DNA of 64,000 bases from Mobula birostris (Eukaryota). The position numbers were made by a program, and so were the translations under genes. Location of the stretch: the NCBI RefSeq assembly GCF_030028105.1, contig NC_092384.1, forward strand, positions 3,639,665 through 3,703,664, written 5' to 3'. A model generated the notes under the pieces. It was not told where the DNA came from and searched no databases. It saw only the letters and a list, made by a program, of their open reading frames with translations. Shown here piece by piece: positions 11,601-24,249 of the stretch. Numbering within the stretch: the stretch's first letter is position 1; each line of letters opens with the position of its first letter.

Positions 11601-14443
11601 TGAGAAGGAGTTATTGATGCAAATTGTTTTCCTCAGGTCACCAAGTTGAGAATCCATAACACATTTAAGAGAAGACTGGATAAGTGTTTTGCCTATTAGG
11701 GTAATTAACAAATACGGAGAAAAGGCAGGTTGGGATGGAGATGAGTTCATGACCAGATCAGCCATGATCTTATTGAATGACGGAGCAGGCTCGAGGGGTC
11801 AGATGGCCTTCTTCTGCTCCTTTTTCTTATGATCTTATGCACTCAATTAAACAGCAGAACGTTTAAAAGAGCAAAACAATGATATTAATAATTTTAAATA
11901 TATTAAAGATTTCATGAAATTCTGTGGGTTTCTGACATGAATGCGGTAAAGTATGTAATATAAGTTTGTCTTGAAGCAGAGATTGATAAAATAAATGACG
12001 GCATGTTTGTTCAGTATGGAAGAGAGAACACATTAAATCACACAATTCATCATGGTACGTATAATTAATGCAACGTGTAACAAAAGATGGGTCCAAAGGA
12101 GGTAAAAATAGAAATACTTGTTAAATTCAGAATTCCTAAATATTTAACTGCTGTAACCCTCCTTGCGATGATATGTCCTTGTTTAAAAGTCCGGGGCATG
12201 GACTGTGAACAGAAGAAATACCAGTCTAAACTGTCACTGGGAAATTCATAATTTCTTTTGCTCAAAGATGAAACCCGCAATTTCTGGTCATCATTATCAT
12301 CAATGTTTTGGAAGAAACGTGTGTTTAATTGTGTGCTCCCCGTTCACCTTGTGTCTGCATTACCGCATCAAGCTAGCTGGAAAATTTCTATGGTACTATT
12401 CCCCCCCCCAAAAAAAAGGGGTTGTATTATTCTTTTTGTTCCAATATTATTTTCCAGTCTTTCCCTCAGCTTAGCAATATTACTCTGAAAAAAAATCCTT
12501 CTTTATATTCCGTTCTGAACTGCAGGGGGTTTTCATCGTTTTGTCATAACTTGCTGCAGCCTCAGAGACAAAGCAAAAACATATAGCGTCCAAAACATTA
12601 CACAAATAATGATTACTGACATTTTAACATACATATTTCACCAGATTCATTTGAAATAATGGAAAGTAATATAATACCTTTGGCACATTTGCTTTATAAA
12701 TTCTGCTCTGATCACAAGAGAATCAAAGATTTTAGCTTTATTCTTTCACTCTCACTGCAATCCCTTCCTGTTATTTTCCTCCTGTTACTTATTCTTTTTC
12801 ATTCTTCTGGTTTCCCCCTGATTCCAGCATTGTCCAACATGTTGACTTCCACAATCATGTGCTCTTGATCATCTGCGTCCATCAAGCATTTTTTGGGGAA
12901 AAAAAATCTGGATTCTATCCCCACATAAATTGTCTGGCTTCTTAGTGTTTCTGGATTTTTTGGTTTTTATTTCACTCTTCTGTAACTGCAGTGTTTTTGA
13001 TCTGAGGGTTTAAGCTGAATTGCGAATTCAAATTTGGTAGGAATGCAATATAAGGTTCGCTATGGCTTCTTTTAAATACATGACTGAAAATAATTCGCAT
13101 TCAGATTTGGTTCTGAAGCGAATAATAAATATTTTCCCCTTCAAATTTAATCTCACTTTTCGGATTCTTAGTTTCTGGAATAATGTTCGTAGAATAAAAT
13201 CATGAGCATGTCTTACACCAAATCTTTAATAGAAATTCCCAAGAAACAGTCAAAAGATGATGCAGTGTACTTGGTTAATAAGAGAGCAGTGTAACCCATA
13301 GGTCGATGCTTGCATTTTGTTTTACTAACTGAAGTAATAAATATTGAGTATTTTTTTTATCACATTTCACGTTAGATGTTGGAATCAAATGACGAAAATT
13401 TCTGCTGCGTTCTAGTGCTTCAAAACCAACGATTTTCTTATTTGCCGGGCATCGATTAGTTTTTCCTTCTTCTTATTTTTGTTTTGCTCCTGAAACATAT
13501 CTGCAACACCGTAAACAGAACTCCCAACCTCCCAAATACCTTTAGCTGTGTGATGAAAACTGTATTTTTCAAATGCCATCAAATATTGCATCTAAACGGA
13601 TTCTTCCACGGACATTTCCAAAATTTACTTCATTACTTAAACCTCCTATGTGGTAATCGCACCTTCCTCTTAAAAAATGTTATAGCTTCTTTGATGTAAC
13701 CTTGCAGCATCCGAATCACTCTCACGAATTTTCCGCGTTTAGCCCGTGACAACATGTGTTTCCTCCGGGAAGTATTGTTCCTCACGTATTTCATAGATGC
13801 GCAGTGAAGGTTAGTAGGTTATGTGAATGCTGTTTTGACACCACTTGAGTTGTCCAGAACAGGTCTCGCTGATTGAATTTGACGTAAGCTATACATTTCC
13901 CTTTATGTTTTCATGCATATGCCGCAAACAAAGCTAATTTAATTACTAGATATGATCTTGGTTAAGATCAATGCCTCGGGGATATCTACCAAAAATCTAT
14001 TTGTACAGTCATAGGGCAATATACTACCGATGCACGACGTCTGCCTAACCATTCCATGTCGACTACCGAGCTAATTCCGAATTTCTGCGTTTGCTGCCTG
14101 CAGTCCCATCCCCTCTGTGTACCTATTTTACTTGCCTCAGCTATCTACTCTAACAAATCATTCAATATAGGTACCACCCTCCGTGTGAAAAAAAAAGTCA
14201 TTCAGATTTGACTTAAAATATTTTTCCTATCGTACTAAAGTTATGCACCAGAAATTTGGGACACCTCATCCTGGGGAACAGATATTTAGTCTCAGGTAAT
14301 GCCGAATAAAATACCTAACAACTGCAGACATAATAGCACCTTCCGTACATGCGCATACCCATATAAAAGACCTGAAGTGTGATTTTATACTTTTCCATCG
14401 CATTAAAGTTATTCTACAATGATTCGGTACATTTCCATTGCAG

Positions 14444-14554
14444 AAATTCACCACATACAATGGTATGTTCAGAACTGTCGGTCGATTGGTGTTGGATTGT
14501 TCATTCTATTGCTTGTAATAATCATAACTCAAAAGCCTGTAAGAAAATATAGAG
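14444..14554 (+). pseudogene. Candidate connecting-peptide/transmembrane exon of copy A
   Basis: catttccattgcAG | 111 nt, phase 1-1, open: EIHHIQWYVQNCRSIGVGLFILLLVIIITQKPVRKYR | GTAAGG. Hydrophobic stretch followed by a basic stop-transfer motif. Phase matches the V exon. Confidence 0.7.
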
Positions 14555-15441
14555 GTAAGGAATCATGACATTTTCACAAGTTAATTGCGAACTCGGGATT
14601 TCTTTAATAAGCTGAGTGCACTTCGGTTAAAGATAGTTGAAATTGATGCCAAGGTTGATGGAAGGTTAGCACAGTCCTCGATTACATCCCATATCGCAAG
14701 AAAAATATACAGAACATATCATTAGATAATTGGCCGGTGTGGGAAACAAATATTGTCATGCAGTCTCATAATTTCTCTGATGTTGCTTTGAAAATTACCG
14801 GAATAAATGTATTACATCTAGCATTATTGAACAGGATTTGTTTGAACAAGTATTGACACCATGTGGATCCGGATATACAGTATATACAGAAATCTGTCGT
14901 AAAGAGCCAGTAACATCATGAAGGTTTTCACCCATTCGGCCTGTGGATTGTTTGTCCCACTGCCATCGGGAAGAGTTTACGTAGCATCCACGCTAACACC
15001 ACCAGATTGAAAAGCAGTAGCTTTCTTCAAATAGTGAGACCTGAACGGCACCTTCATCCACTAAAGCACCTCTTCAAACCTCCAACCGTCACTACTTTAT
15101 TGTAAACTATATTGTATATATTTCTTTGACATTAAATGTACCTTTCAAAACTTTGAAACCTTTATGGTTTCCTGTTAGTCACCTTATGTACAGACAGTCT
15201 TGTGCCAAGCGACTCTCTATCGACATACAATCAATCTATCTTACGTACTTATAGTTATGGTGTTGTTATATTATTATTGTGTTTTTTATCTTAATGCATT
15301 TTTTTTGTGCTGCATCGAAGCCACAGTAACAATTATTTCATTTTCCATTACACTTGTGTACTGAAAATGACATTAAACTTTCCTGAATCGTGAATCCGGA
15401 ATTTTGACACATACAGTCGTAAATTCAGCGCCGTGCTATGG

Positions 15442-15443
<2 letters not shown>

Positions 15444-15526
<83 letters not shown>
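15444..15526. repeat. Compound (GT)n(GA)n microsatellite
   Basis: Seen directly. Confidence 0.98.
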
Positions 15527-15529
<3 letters not shown>

Positions 15530-15923
15530 TGGGTGAGGGTGTGGGGTTGGGAGGCGGGTTGTAAGGAGAACGTATAAGGTAAAGGGTTGGGATGGTCCCT
15601 GGAATAGATCTTCATTCAATTCAGTAATCGTAAGGCACAATCGACGACACTCAGTTGATTAGTATCAAACAGCGTCGTGGCATTAGCCTTGATACATACT
15701 GGAAAACTATCTGCAGCATCAAATGAGTCGCTACGGCATTGTTACAACCACGGAATCCACGTGTTGTCAAAAATTGCCCAAGCACGCCCTATTCACAAAA
15801 TGCCAGATACAGTGCAGTTACTCTGGTAATTTCCAAAACAATCAAGAGAAAAACGATGGAAATGTAACAGCAACATATTTAGCACTTGGATCTATTCTCC
15901 AACGATATTCTCGTTCGCTTTAG

Positions 15924-15995
15924 AAGTTGTGGACTGCCAGGAATACTCGGTTCCAAAACTCATCAAAACCACTTCCTCTTCCTTTACTACACTGA
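15924..15995 (+). pseudogene. Candidate cytoplasmic exon 1 of copy A
   Basis: attctcgttcgctttAG | 72 nt, phase 1-1, open: EVVDCQEYSVPKLIKTTSSSFTTL | GTAAAA. The following intron would be only ~67-70 nt. Confidence 0.4.
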
Positions 15996-16062
15996 GTAAA
16001 ATGTTCATGAATGTAATACATTATATAAATACCATCCTTTAATTTTGTCATGCTGTTGAGAG

Positions 16063-16195
16063 CAGTGAGCGAGAAGTGAGGCATGGCCGGGGTATTATAC
16101 GCTGTGCTAAATGCTGAGGGTATTGTTAGACACCATGAATACAAATCTACGAGAAATTTCTGTTTTTCACATATGGCAGTATTCAGCAAATATCG
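16063..16195 (+). pseudogene. Candidate cytoplasmic exon 2 with ITIM-like VLYAVL
   Basis: In frame with exon 1 (phase 1): VSEK*GMAGVLYAVLNAEGIVRHHEYKST... One in-frame TGA at 16077. Runs into a LINE 3' end at ~16196. Confidence 0.35.
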
Positions 16196-16445
16196 TACCC
16201 TCCAACTATCCGGACCTGACTTTCGGTTTTGTTTTACACTACCTTACTCCCATTTTTCTATTTTCTATATATGATTTATAATTTATTTTTTATAATATTT
16301 ACTAATTTTAACTACCTTTAAAATATTTTGAATATTTAATATTTGTAATCCAGGGAGTGTGAAACGCAGAATCAAATATTGCTGTGATGAGTGTACCTTC
16401 TAGTACCAATTGTTTGCCGACAATAAAGTATAAAGTAAAGTAAAG
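16196..16445 (+). mobile_element. Rex1/Babar-type LINE 3' UTR fragment
   Basis: Matches the 3' end of the element at 44985-45200 (TACCCTCCAA.TATCCGGACCTG...GACAATAAAG...TAAAGTAAAG). Confidence 0.75.
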
Positions 16446-16719
16446 GTTTTCTTGAGAAAAACATATTTCTTTTCGGTTGCCTTCTGGAGAGATGTGGTTA
16501 GAATTAGCATTGGCCATACTCTGTTTTTTTTTCTGGGTTTTTGTGGAACGGGGATGGTATATTTGTTCTTATTTTAATTTTTTTTCTTTAAACGGGCTGA
16601 TTTGAAACTACCAGAATTCCGAAACGTCGTGACTTCCAGTTCCTCTTTGAACTGTTTTTTTTTCCTCATCCGGGGTCATGAGTTTGTATTCTGGTTAACG
16701 CTTTACATACCTTGTGTTC

Positions 16720-18365
16720 GACTTCAGTACTGTCGATAAGATTAGTAATTTGGTTTCTTGGAATACAAATATTTTAAACCACCCAATTAAACGGAAGAAT
16801 TTTTTTAAAGTATTCCATAGGATAAATGCTCATATTATTTTCGTACAAGAAACTCATGTGCGGAAAGCGGATAATCAGCGTTTTTTTTTTAGGTTTTGGA
16901 AGGAATAGCAGTACATTTTGAATTCACAGACGAAAGTGAAAGGTGTTTCTATTTTTATAGATCCCTCAAGTTCATTTGTGGATTATGAGACTATTTCAGA
17001 TCCGAGTGGTAGATTTTTGTTAATTGCTGCTTTGTTATTTTACCATGGATAATGTTTACACTCCAAATACTGATTGTCCGAAATTTTTTAAACATGTCTT
17101 TACACCCATTACTAACTTAAACGATTATCTGTTGATTATGGGTGGAGATCTCATCTTTTGTTTAAATCCTTTGATGGATAGATTTATGTCTAATCAGACA
17201 CTCCCGAACAAATCGGCTACTCCTATTAACTCTTTTATTGTTGACTCCGGAATTTCAGAAATTTGGAGATTCTTACACCCCAACAATAAAGAGTATTCAG
17301 TTGTTTTCATCCGTATATCATCATTATATTAGAATTGATTACTTTCTTATTGACTCTCGATTAATTCCACTTGTTATTGACTGCAAATATGACTCCATTG
17401 CTGTCTCCGATCATGCACAATTGAAACTATCTATTAAGTTAATCGATACATCTTCTGGTACTAGACAGTGGCGATTTAATACCACTTTGCTTCAACACTG
17501 GGACTTTGTTAATTTTATTGAGGAACAGATTATTTTTTTTCCTCACAACGAATTTTACGGAAGGAATTTCCAGCGGGGTACTGTGGGACACTTTTAGAGC
17601 ATATATTCGTGAACAAATTATTTCATATTCTGCTGAACTGAAAAATGTGAACTAACAATGAAATACTTAAGCTGGTTTCAAGATCAAAGGAATACCAAGA
17701 AATGTTCTATTGCTCCTAATCAGGAGCTTTATAAAAAGAAAGTCCAACTTCAAATGTAATATAGTCTATTACTATCATCTTCGATTGAAAATCAATTAAT
17801 TAAAATTAGGAGTCACTTCTAGATACATGGTGATAAAACTGGGAAACTACTGGCTTAATCAATTGAAATCGGCTTCGGTTAAACGCCAGATCGTTAAGAT
17901 CCGTAAAAGAGATAGTGCTCTGACGGTTGATCATGATGAGATAAACAAATCCTTTCAAGAATTTTATACCTCTCTATACCAATAGGAATCTCCTGATGAC
18001 TCCACTATAATACATGTATTTTGAAAGAAATTGGATATTCCACAATTACCACCCAATGATCGGCTATAACTACAGGTACCTATTACGGTAGAAGAAATAA
18101 CAACATTCTATTTCCTCTATGAATTCAAGTAAAGCTCCTGGTCGAGACGGTTATGCCAGAGAATTTTCTGAATCCTTCTCTACTATACTTTCTCCTTCGT
18201 TATGTAGAATCGTTAGGGATGCAGTTTTTTAGGGATTTTTCTACCGAGCTTCTATATCCCTAATTGTTAAAAAGAATAAGGATCCTACTGAAAATGCATC
18301 TTATAGGCCTATATCTTTGCTGAATGTGGATACTATTTTTTTCGGAAATATTGGCAACGAGCGAA
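16720..18365 (+). mobile_element. L1/Tx1-clade LINE ORF2 fragment (AP endonuclease to start of RT)
   Basis: LVSWNTNILNHPIKRK...FVQETH, RIDYFL...SDHA, WRFNTTLL and KDPTENASYRPISLLNVD. Truncated at the junction with the Rex1 element. Confidence 0.85.
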
Positions 18366-18369
18366 CAGA

Positions 18370-21300
18370 GCAGCGGACATGCCGGCTGAAATCTGGAGGA
18401 AAACACACAGAGGAGGCAGAGGGAGACCAAAAAGGCGAGGGAGAGGACTGGATCGAGACAACAGAGGCTTATGGAGAAGAGAAGTTATAAGCCGTGTCTC
18501 CCCTCTCTCATCGTGGGAAATGTGAGATCGCTGGCGAATAAAATTGACGAACTGACGGCGTTTGTCAGGAGTCAGAGAACATTTCGGGGGAGCAGTGCCA
18601 GGTCCTTCACTGAGACGTGGTTGCATGAGGATATACCCAATCAACGCGTTTCCATAGAGGGCTTCCAGACCGTTCGAGCCGACGGGAATTGCACTGAGAG
18701 CGGTCAGTGTAAAGGAGGGGGGGCTTGCGGTTCTGGTAAATAACACATGGTGCAATCCTGGGCATATTACGAACAAGGAACTTGTCTGTAGCCCGGAAAT
18801 TCAACTTTTGGCTGTTGGACTCCGGCCATATTATTTGCCAAGGGAAATCTCGCATGCAATTGTGGTTGTTGTGTACATCCCACCCTCTGCCAACCAGACG
18901 TCGGCGTATAACATCATTTACACCGTCAGACCCAGATTACAAAACCCCCAGCACCCGAGTGCCCTCATTACCATCTCGGGTGACTTCAACCAGGTTATCA
19001 TGGCTTGAACACTGCCCAACTTCACGCAGTATGTGAGCTGTACAACCAGAGGGGAGAGGACTCTGGATTTGACGTACGCTAACGTTAAGGATGCATACAG
19101 CTCCTCTCCCGCTCCTCCCACTGGGAAGGTCAGATCAGAACCTGCTGCATCTAAAACCCAGCTATGTCCCTCTGGTAAAGAGTAAACCTGCAACCTCGAG
19201 GACAGTGAGGAAATGGTCGGAAGAGGCTTCTGAGGCGCTCCAGGATTGTTTTGAGGTGACAGACTGGCAGGCACTCTGTGAGCCACATGGAGAGGATATT
19301 GATGGGCTCACAGAGTGCATCACTGATTACATTAACTTCTGTGTGAACTGCAATGTTCCGACAAGAACTGTCCATTGTTATTCAAATAACAAGCCATGGG
19401 TGACAAAGGGCATTAAGGATATCATGAACGCTAAAAAGAGGGCATTTAGAGATGGAAATAGTGAGGAGCTGAAGGCAATTCAAAGGGACCTGAAAGGCAG
19501 GATCAGGGAGGCGAAAGATAGGTACAGGAGCAAGCTTGAGTGGAAACTGCAGCAGAACAATTTGAGAGAGGTCTGGAGGAGGATGAGGACCATCACTGGG
19601 TTCCGGAAAACTAACAACAGAGGAGCTGAAGGCAGTGTTGACAGGGCCATTGAACTTAACCTGTTCTTTAACAGATTTGACATTGTGGCCCCTGCCCATC
19701 CCCATTATGAGCCACCTGTTGTCGGTCCCCAATCAACACATATTCCTCTCTCCCCTCATACCCCTCCTCACAGTCCCCCACCCTGCTCTCATGACTATAC
19801 CCCTTCCCCGCACGGAACCAACGCAGTGGGCTTCACAGCTGAACCGTTGAGAAGACAGCTGAAACGTCTCAACCCAAACAAAGCTGCAGGACCAGAAGAT
19901 TTCAGTACCAAGCTGCTCAAAGCCTGTGCCCCTCAGGTGTGTGGAGTATTTCGCCATTTATTCAACCTGAGCCTGAGGCTCCGTAGGGTTCCTGTACTGT
20001 GGAAGACGTCCTGCCTCGTCCCTGTGCCGAAGACGCCGCGCCCCAGCGGCCACAATGACTACACACCGGTGATATTGACCTCCCATATCATGAAGACCCT
20101 GGAGAGACTTGTTCTGGAGCTGCTCCGGCCTATGGTCGGGCCACATTTAGATCCCATCCAATTCGCCGACCAGTCCCAACCAGGAGTTGAGGATGCCATC
20201 GTCTACCTGCTGAACCGTGTCTACGCCCACCTGGACAAGGCAGCGAGCACTGTGACGGTCATGTATTTTGACTTCTCCAGTGCGTTCAACACCATCCGTC
20301 CTGCTCTGCTGGGGGAGAAGCTGACAGCGCTGCAGGTGGATGCTTCCCTGGTGTCATGGATTCTTGATTACCTGACAGGCAGACGGTAGTACGTGTGCAT
20401 GCAACACTCTGTGCCCGACAGAGTGATCAGCAGTACTGGGGCTCCACAGCGGATTGTCCTGTCTCCATTTCTCTTCACCATTTACACCTCGGACTTCAAC
20501 TACTGCACAGAGTCTTGTTATCTTCAGAAGTTTTCGGATGAATCTGTCATAGTTGGATGCATCAGCAAGGGAGATGAGGCTGAGTATAAGGCAACGGTAG
20601 GAAACATTGTCACATGGTGTGAGCAAAATTATCTGCAGCCTAATGTGAAAAACAAAAAACTAAGAAGCTGGTGGTAGACCTGAGGAGAGCCAAGGTACCG
20701 GTGACCCCTAATTCCATCCAGGAGGTCCGTGTGAACATGGTGGAGGACTACAAATAGCTGGGGATACGAATTGACAATAAACTGGACAGGTCAAAGAACA
20801 CTGAGGCTGTCTACAAGAACGGTCAGGGCCGTCTCTATTTCTTGAGGAGACTGAGGTCCTTTAACATCTGCCGAAAGATGCTGTGTATTTTCTACGAGTC
20901 TGTGGTGTCTAGTGCGATCATGTTTGCTGTTGGGTGCTGGGGCAGGAGGCTGGGGGTAGCAGACACCAACAGGATCAACAAACTCATTCGTAAGTCCAGT
21001 GATGTTGTGGGGATGGAACTGGACTCGCTCACAGCGGTGTCTGAAAAGAGGATGCTGTCTAAGTTGCATGCCATCTTTGTGAATGTTTCCCATCCACTAC
21101 GTAATGTATTGGGTGGGCACAGGTGTACACTCAGCCAGAGACTCATTCCACCGAGATGCAGCACAGAGCGTCATAGGAAGTCATTCCTGCCTGTGGCCAT
21201 CAAACTTTATAACTCCTCCCTTGGAGGTTCAGACACTCTGAGCCAATAGTCTGGTCCTGGACTTATTTCATAATTTGATGGCATAATTTACATACTACTA

Positions 21301-21395
21301 TTTAACTGTTTATTTTTCTATTACTATTTATTATTTATGGTGCAACTGTAACGAAAACCAATTTCCCCCGGGATCAATGAAGTATGACAATGAGT
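18370..21395 (+). mobile_element. Near full-length Rex1/Babar-type LINE (APE + RT), several frame disruptions
   Basis: GNVRSLANKIDEL...FTETWL (18471 ORF). 432-aa ORF 19091-20389 with YTPVILTSHIMK...YFDFSSAFNTI. Also QKFSDES, RLRSFNICRKML and a 3' UTR with tail near 21375-21395. Confidence 0.9.
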
Positions 21396-21499
21396 ATGAA
21401 AGGGTTATCTTGCGACGGAACATTTGATGGCTCTTGGTCTGTACTCGCTGAAATTCAGAATGACGGGGGGCAGGAGGCGGTGTCTCATTGAAACATTTT

Positions 21500-21880
21500 T
21501 GAATGTTCAGCGGAAATAAACAGAGTCGATGCGGAAAGGATGTTTCCCATGGTGGGAGAGTCTAAGACAAGAGGGCACAGCTTCAGGATAGAAAGTCACT
21601 CTTTCAAAACAGAGCGTCGGAGAAATTTCTTTAGCCAAAGAGTACTGCGTTTGTAGAATTTGTTGCCACATGCAGTTGCGGAGGCCAGCTTGTCGGGTGT
21701 ATTTAAGGCGGAGATTGATAGGTACTTGATTGGATATGCTGTCAAAGATTACGGGAAGACGGCCGAGATTTGGGGTTAAGGAAGGAAGAAAAAAATGATC
21801 AGCCATGAATGAATGGCGGAGCAGACTCGAAGGTCCAGATAGCTTAATTCTGCTCTATGTCTTATGGTCTTATGATATCT
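21500..21880 (+). mobile_element. CR1 LINE 3' end fragment
   Basis: SRTRGHSFRI...FFSQRV-like coding end and a TCTTATGG tail. Confidence 0.8.
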
Positions 21881-22052
21881 GAGCAAGTAAACACCATGGC
21901 CTAATTAGGGAGAGCCAGTATTTGTGCGGGGCGGGATATAACCTACCAATTTGATTGAGTTTTTTGACAAGGAGAGATTAATGAAGATGGTGCAACGAAT
22001 GTTTACTACATGGATATTGTTAAGACTTTTGACAACTTTCCTCATGGATGTC

Positions 22053-22460
22053 AGCAATGCTGAATCAGTTTTGCGAGTCTGCAAGTGAGGCAGGAAATGC
22101 ACTGCCTACAAAAAGGGATATTAATTATTTATTTACAAACAGTTAAATTCGGCCAAATACTCATGTTCCCCGAGTTACGGACAACACAAAGCTGAATATT
22201 CAACATACATACATACATACATTCAACAAATATATTTAGATAAAGGTGCACAGAGAGCATAATTTCTCAATAATCAATGCTTCATTGCCCAAAACCAAGG
22301 AAAAAGAGAACAAGCCCCTTCCACGTACTACTTTATATACCCGAAATATTTGAAAATGGACACCAGGCAGTTATCTAATGGGAAATAATTATGTTCTTAC
22401 TAAACTAACCAATCAAAACAGAAGTGACTGTTAACATACAGAATAAGGCATGCCCCCACA
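22053..22460 (-). mobile_element. ERV 3' LTR (~408 bp)
   Basis: On the minus strand it starts TGTGGGGGCATG right after the PPT. Contains TATATAAAAG (plus 22330-22340) and AATAAA (~22128). The first ~140 bp align with 25599-25735. Confidence 0.7.
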
Positions 22461-22519
22461 GGTTACCCCACCCCTCGAAAGCTTAGAACGTGATGATCCA
22501 ACACTCAGACTAGTTTCAC

Positions 22520-23530
22520 TCCCAAAAACTCCCAATTAATGTATGCGCCGAACATAAGAGTATAATACTAAGTATTGTAAACCCAAGTCATCTCGTAATA
22601 TACTACAGTAGTCCACCAGCCTCACTTTGTCTCAAAAGTCCAAATATCCCACCCGGAGTGTAGTAGCTAATGAGCTAATGAGCTGGTCTCCCACTTAATC
22701 TAATACACTGCATCTTTCGATACCATCAACTACGTGAATGATATTATCCAATCCGTTAGGAACGCAGATGGTGCATTCTTCGCCAAAAACAATGTAAGTA
22801 CTACCTTCCTTTGACAGCAGGTAATCATAAGCCATTGAAAACAGCTCCCAGGTCAGTCTGGCCGTACCATATTGAGAAATGCTATCATTCATAACATTCT
22901 TCCTTTGAAATAACCCTCTTACACTGTGGGACCAATGGGTGAATCTAGGAAATGCATATCTACTATATTGCCTTCATCTTTTAACAAGTACCCAGCTTCA
23001 CAACACCACTTGCCATAGACACATCTATCCCAGGTTACTGTTTCTGCATACACTTGTATCCACCTTGCAACTTGTACCGTACTCACCATACCACCTGCAC
23101 CAATATTCCCTGTCAGGTGGGGTAATCACTTTAAGAGTCAGAACATTCCAAGTATATAAACGTTAAGTCGGGAAATAACAGCCCTTGAAACACTTACTCC
23201 ATCAAGATTATTAAGGTTCAAGTCCCTGAAGGCTGTTACCAACTCTGGGTTGAGGTTACCTGGAATATATAACCCAGCTCCTCCAAAACAGAAAGCCAAA
23301 AACCGAGAAACCAGACAAATTCCCCCAACTGTGATTTCTTTGTCGTCAAATGGATCGATATCAGCGGCATCCCTTCTGTGGTGTAGCAAGGAATCTTCAG
23401 ACTTGTTGAACAATCTGAGCCGTTGGTCCAGTGTGCAAATTCAAACGCCATTCACAGGAATGTAAACAGGATATCCCACCACAAAATAGCATCCACCACT
23501 TCTGCATCATTCCGTAATGCAGCGAATATA
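22520..23530 (-). pseudogene. ERV env remnant (gamma-type SU/TM)
   Basis: TFL*MAFEFAHWTNGSDCSTSLKIPCYTTEGMPLISIHL (SU N-terminal CxxC-region like). MAYDYLLSKEGSTYIVFGEECTICVPNGLDNI (immunosuppressive domain plus decayed CX6CC). Trp-rich membrane-proximal GWDIW...GWW. Confidence 0.8.
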
Positions 23531-23967
23531 AATACACTTGTTCCTGATTACTCACTGTTTAGCTAGAAAGCAAAAAAACAATAAACTACAAAAATTGCTC
23601 CCTTAGTGTGAAATTCTTCTGAAATGAGGGCATCTCATATTAGAATAAATTTCAATGATCAGTATGAAAATTGAGTCATTTCTAAAACCAATTATATAGA
23701 GAATCAAGTAGCAAAATAACAGATTAAGAAGCAATCAACAATTAAAAGATTTAACAAAAAAAATAGTCCACTAAGAAAAAGAACAAGAAACAAAGTAGCA
23801 GATTATAACACAAATCGCACAGTCCGTGCCTTCCTATGGATATACAGAAACTTAAAACAGACAGTTAATTTCTCACAGAGAAGCAGCACTTATCAGGTAA
23901 CAAATGCTAAGGAAAACAGGATCTGGGCGGTTCTCAACACATTCAGAGTCTCTTAAACGCAGAGTCA

Positions 23968-23971
<4 letters not shown>

Positions 23972-24014
<43 letters not shown>
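23972..24014. repeat. (AC)n microsatellite inside the ERV
   Basis: Seen directly. Confidence 0.98.
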
Positions 24015-24018
<4 letters not shown>

Positions 24019-24249
24019 AACTCACGCGTGTGACCACACCTCACATTTCTCCGCATTCAAACCCTTTACCCTCTATTTACAGGGCAGAGGGATGCATTTC
24101 CAGTGACTTCCTCCTGACAACAATGGGGCGCGAATGTACTAAACACCTTTCCATTCCCACTGCTAGCCAACGTTAGCCGATATCTTTTGAATGGAACCCT
24201 GAATGAAACGTGAGGAATGTGGCAGAGGACGAAGAGCACACTTATCTAC

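Noticed and set aside
15721-15835. Alternative cytoplasmic exon after ctatctgcAG
   Set aside because: Weak polypyrimidine tract and no signalling motif. The 15924 candidate fits better, though this one cannot be excluded.
18333-21164. Minus-strand ORFs of 66-147 aa
   Set aside because: They are antisense shadows of the Rex1/Babar coding region.
23904-24176. ORF with HT repeats (also 15425-15640 and 60904-61318)
   Set aside because: These are translations of microsatellites.
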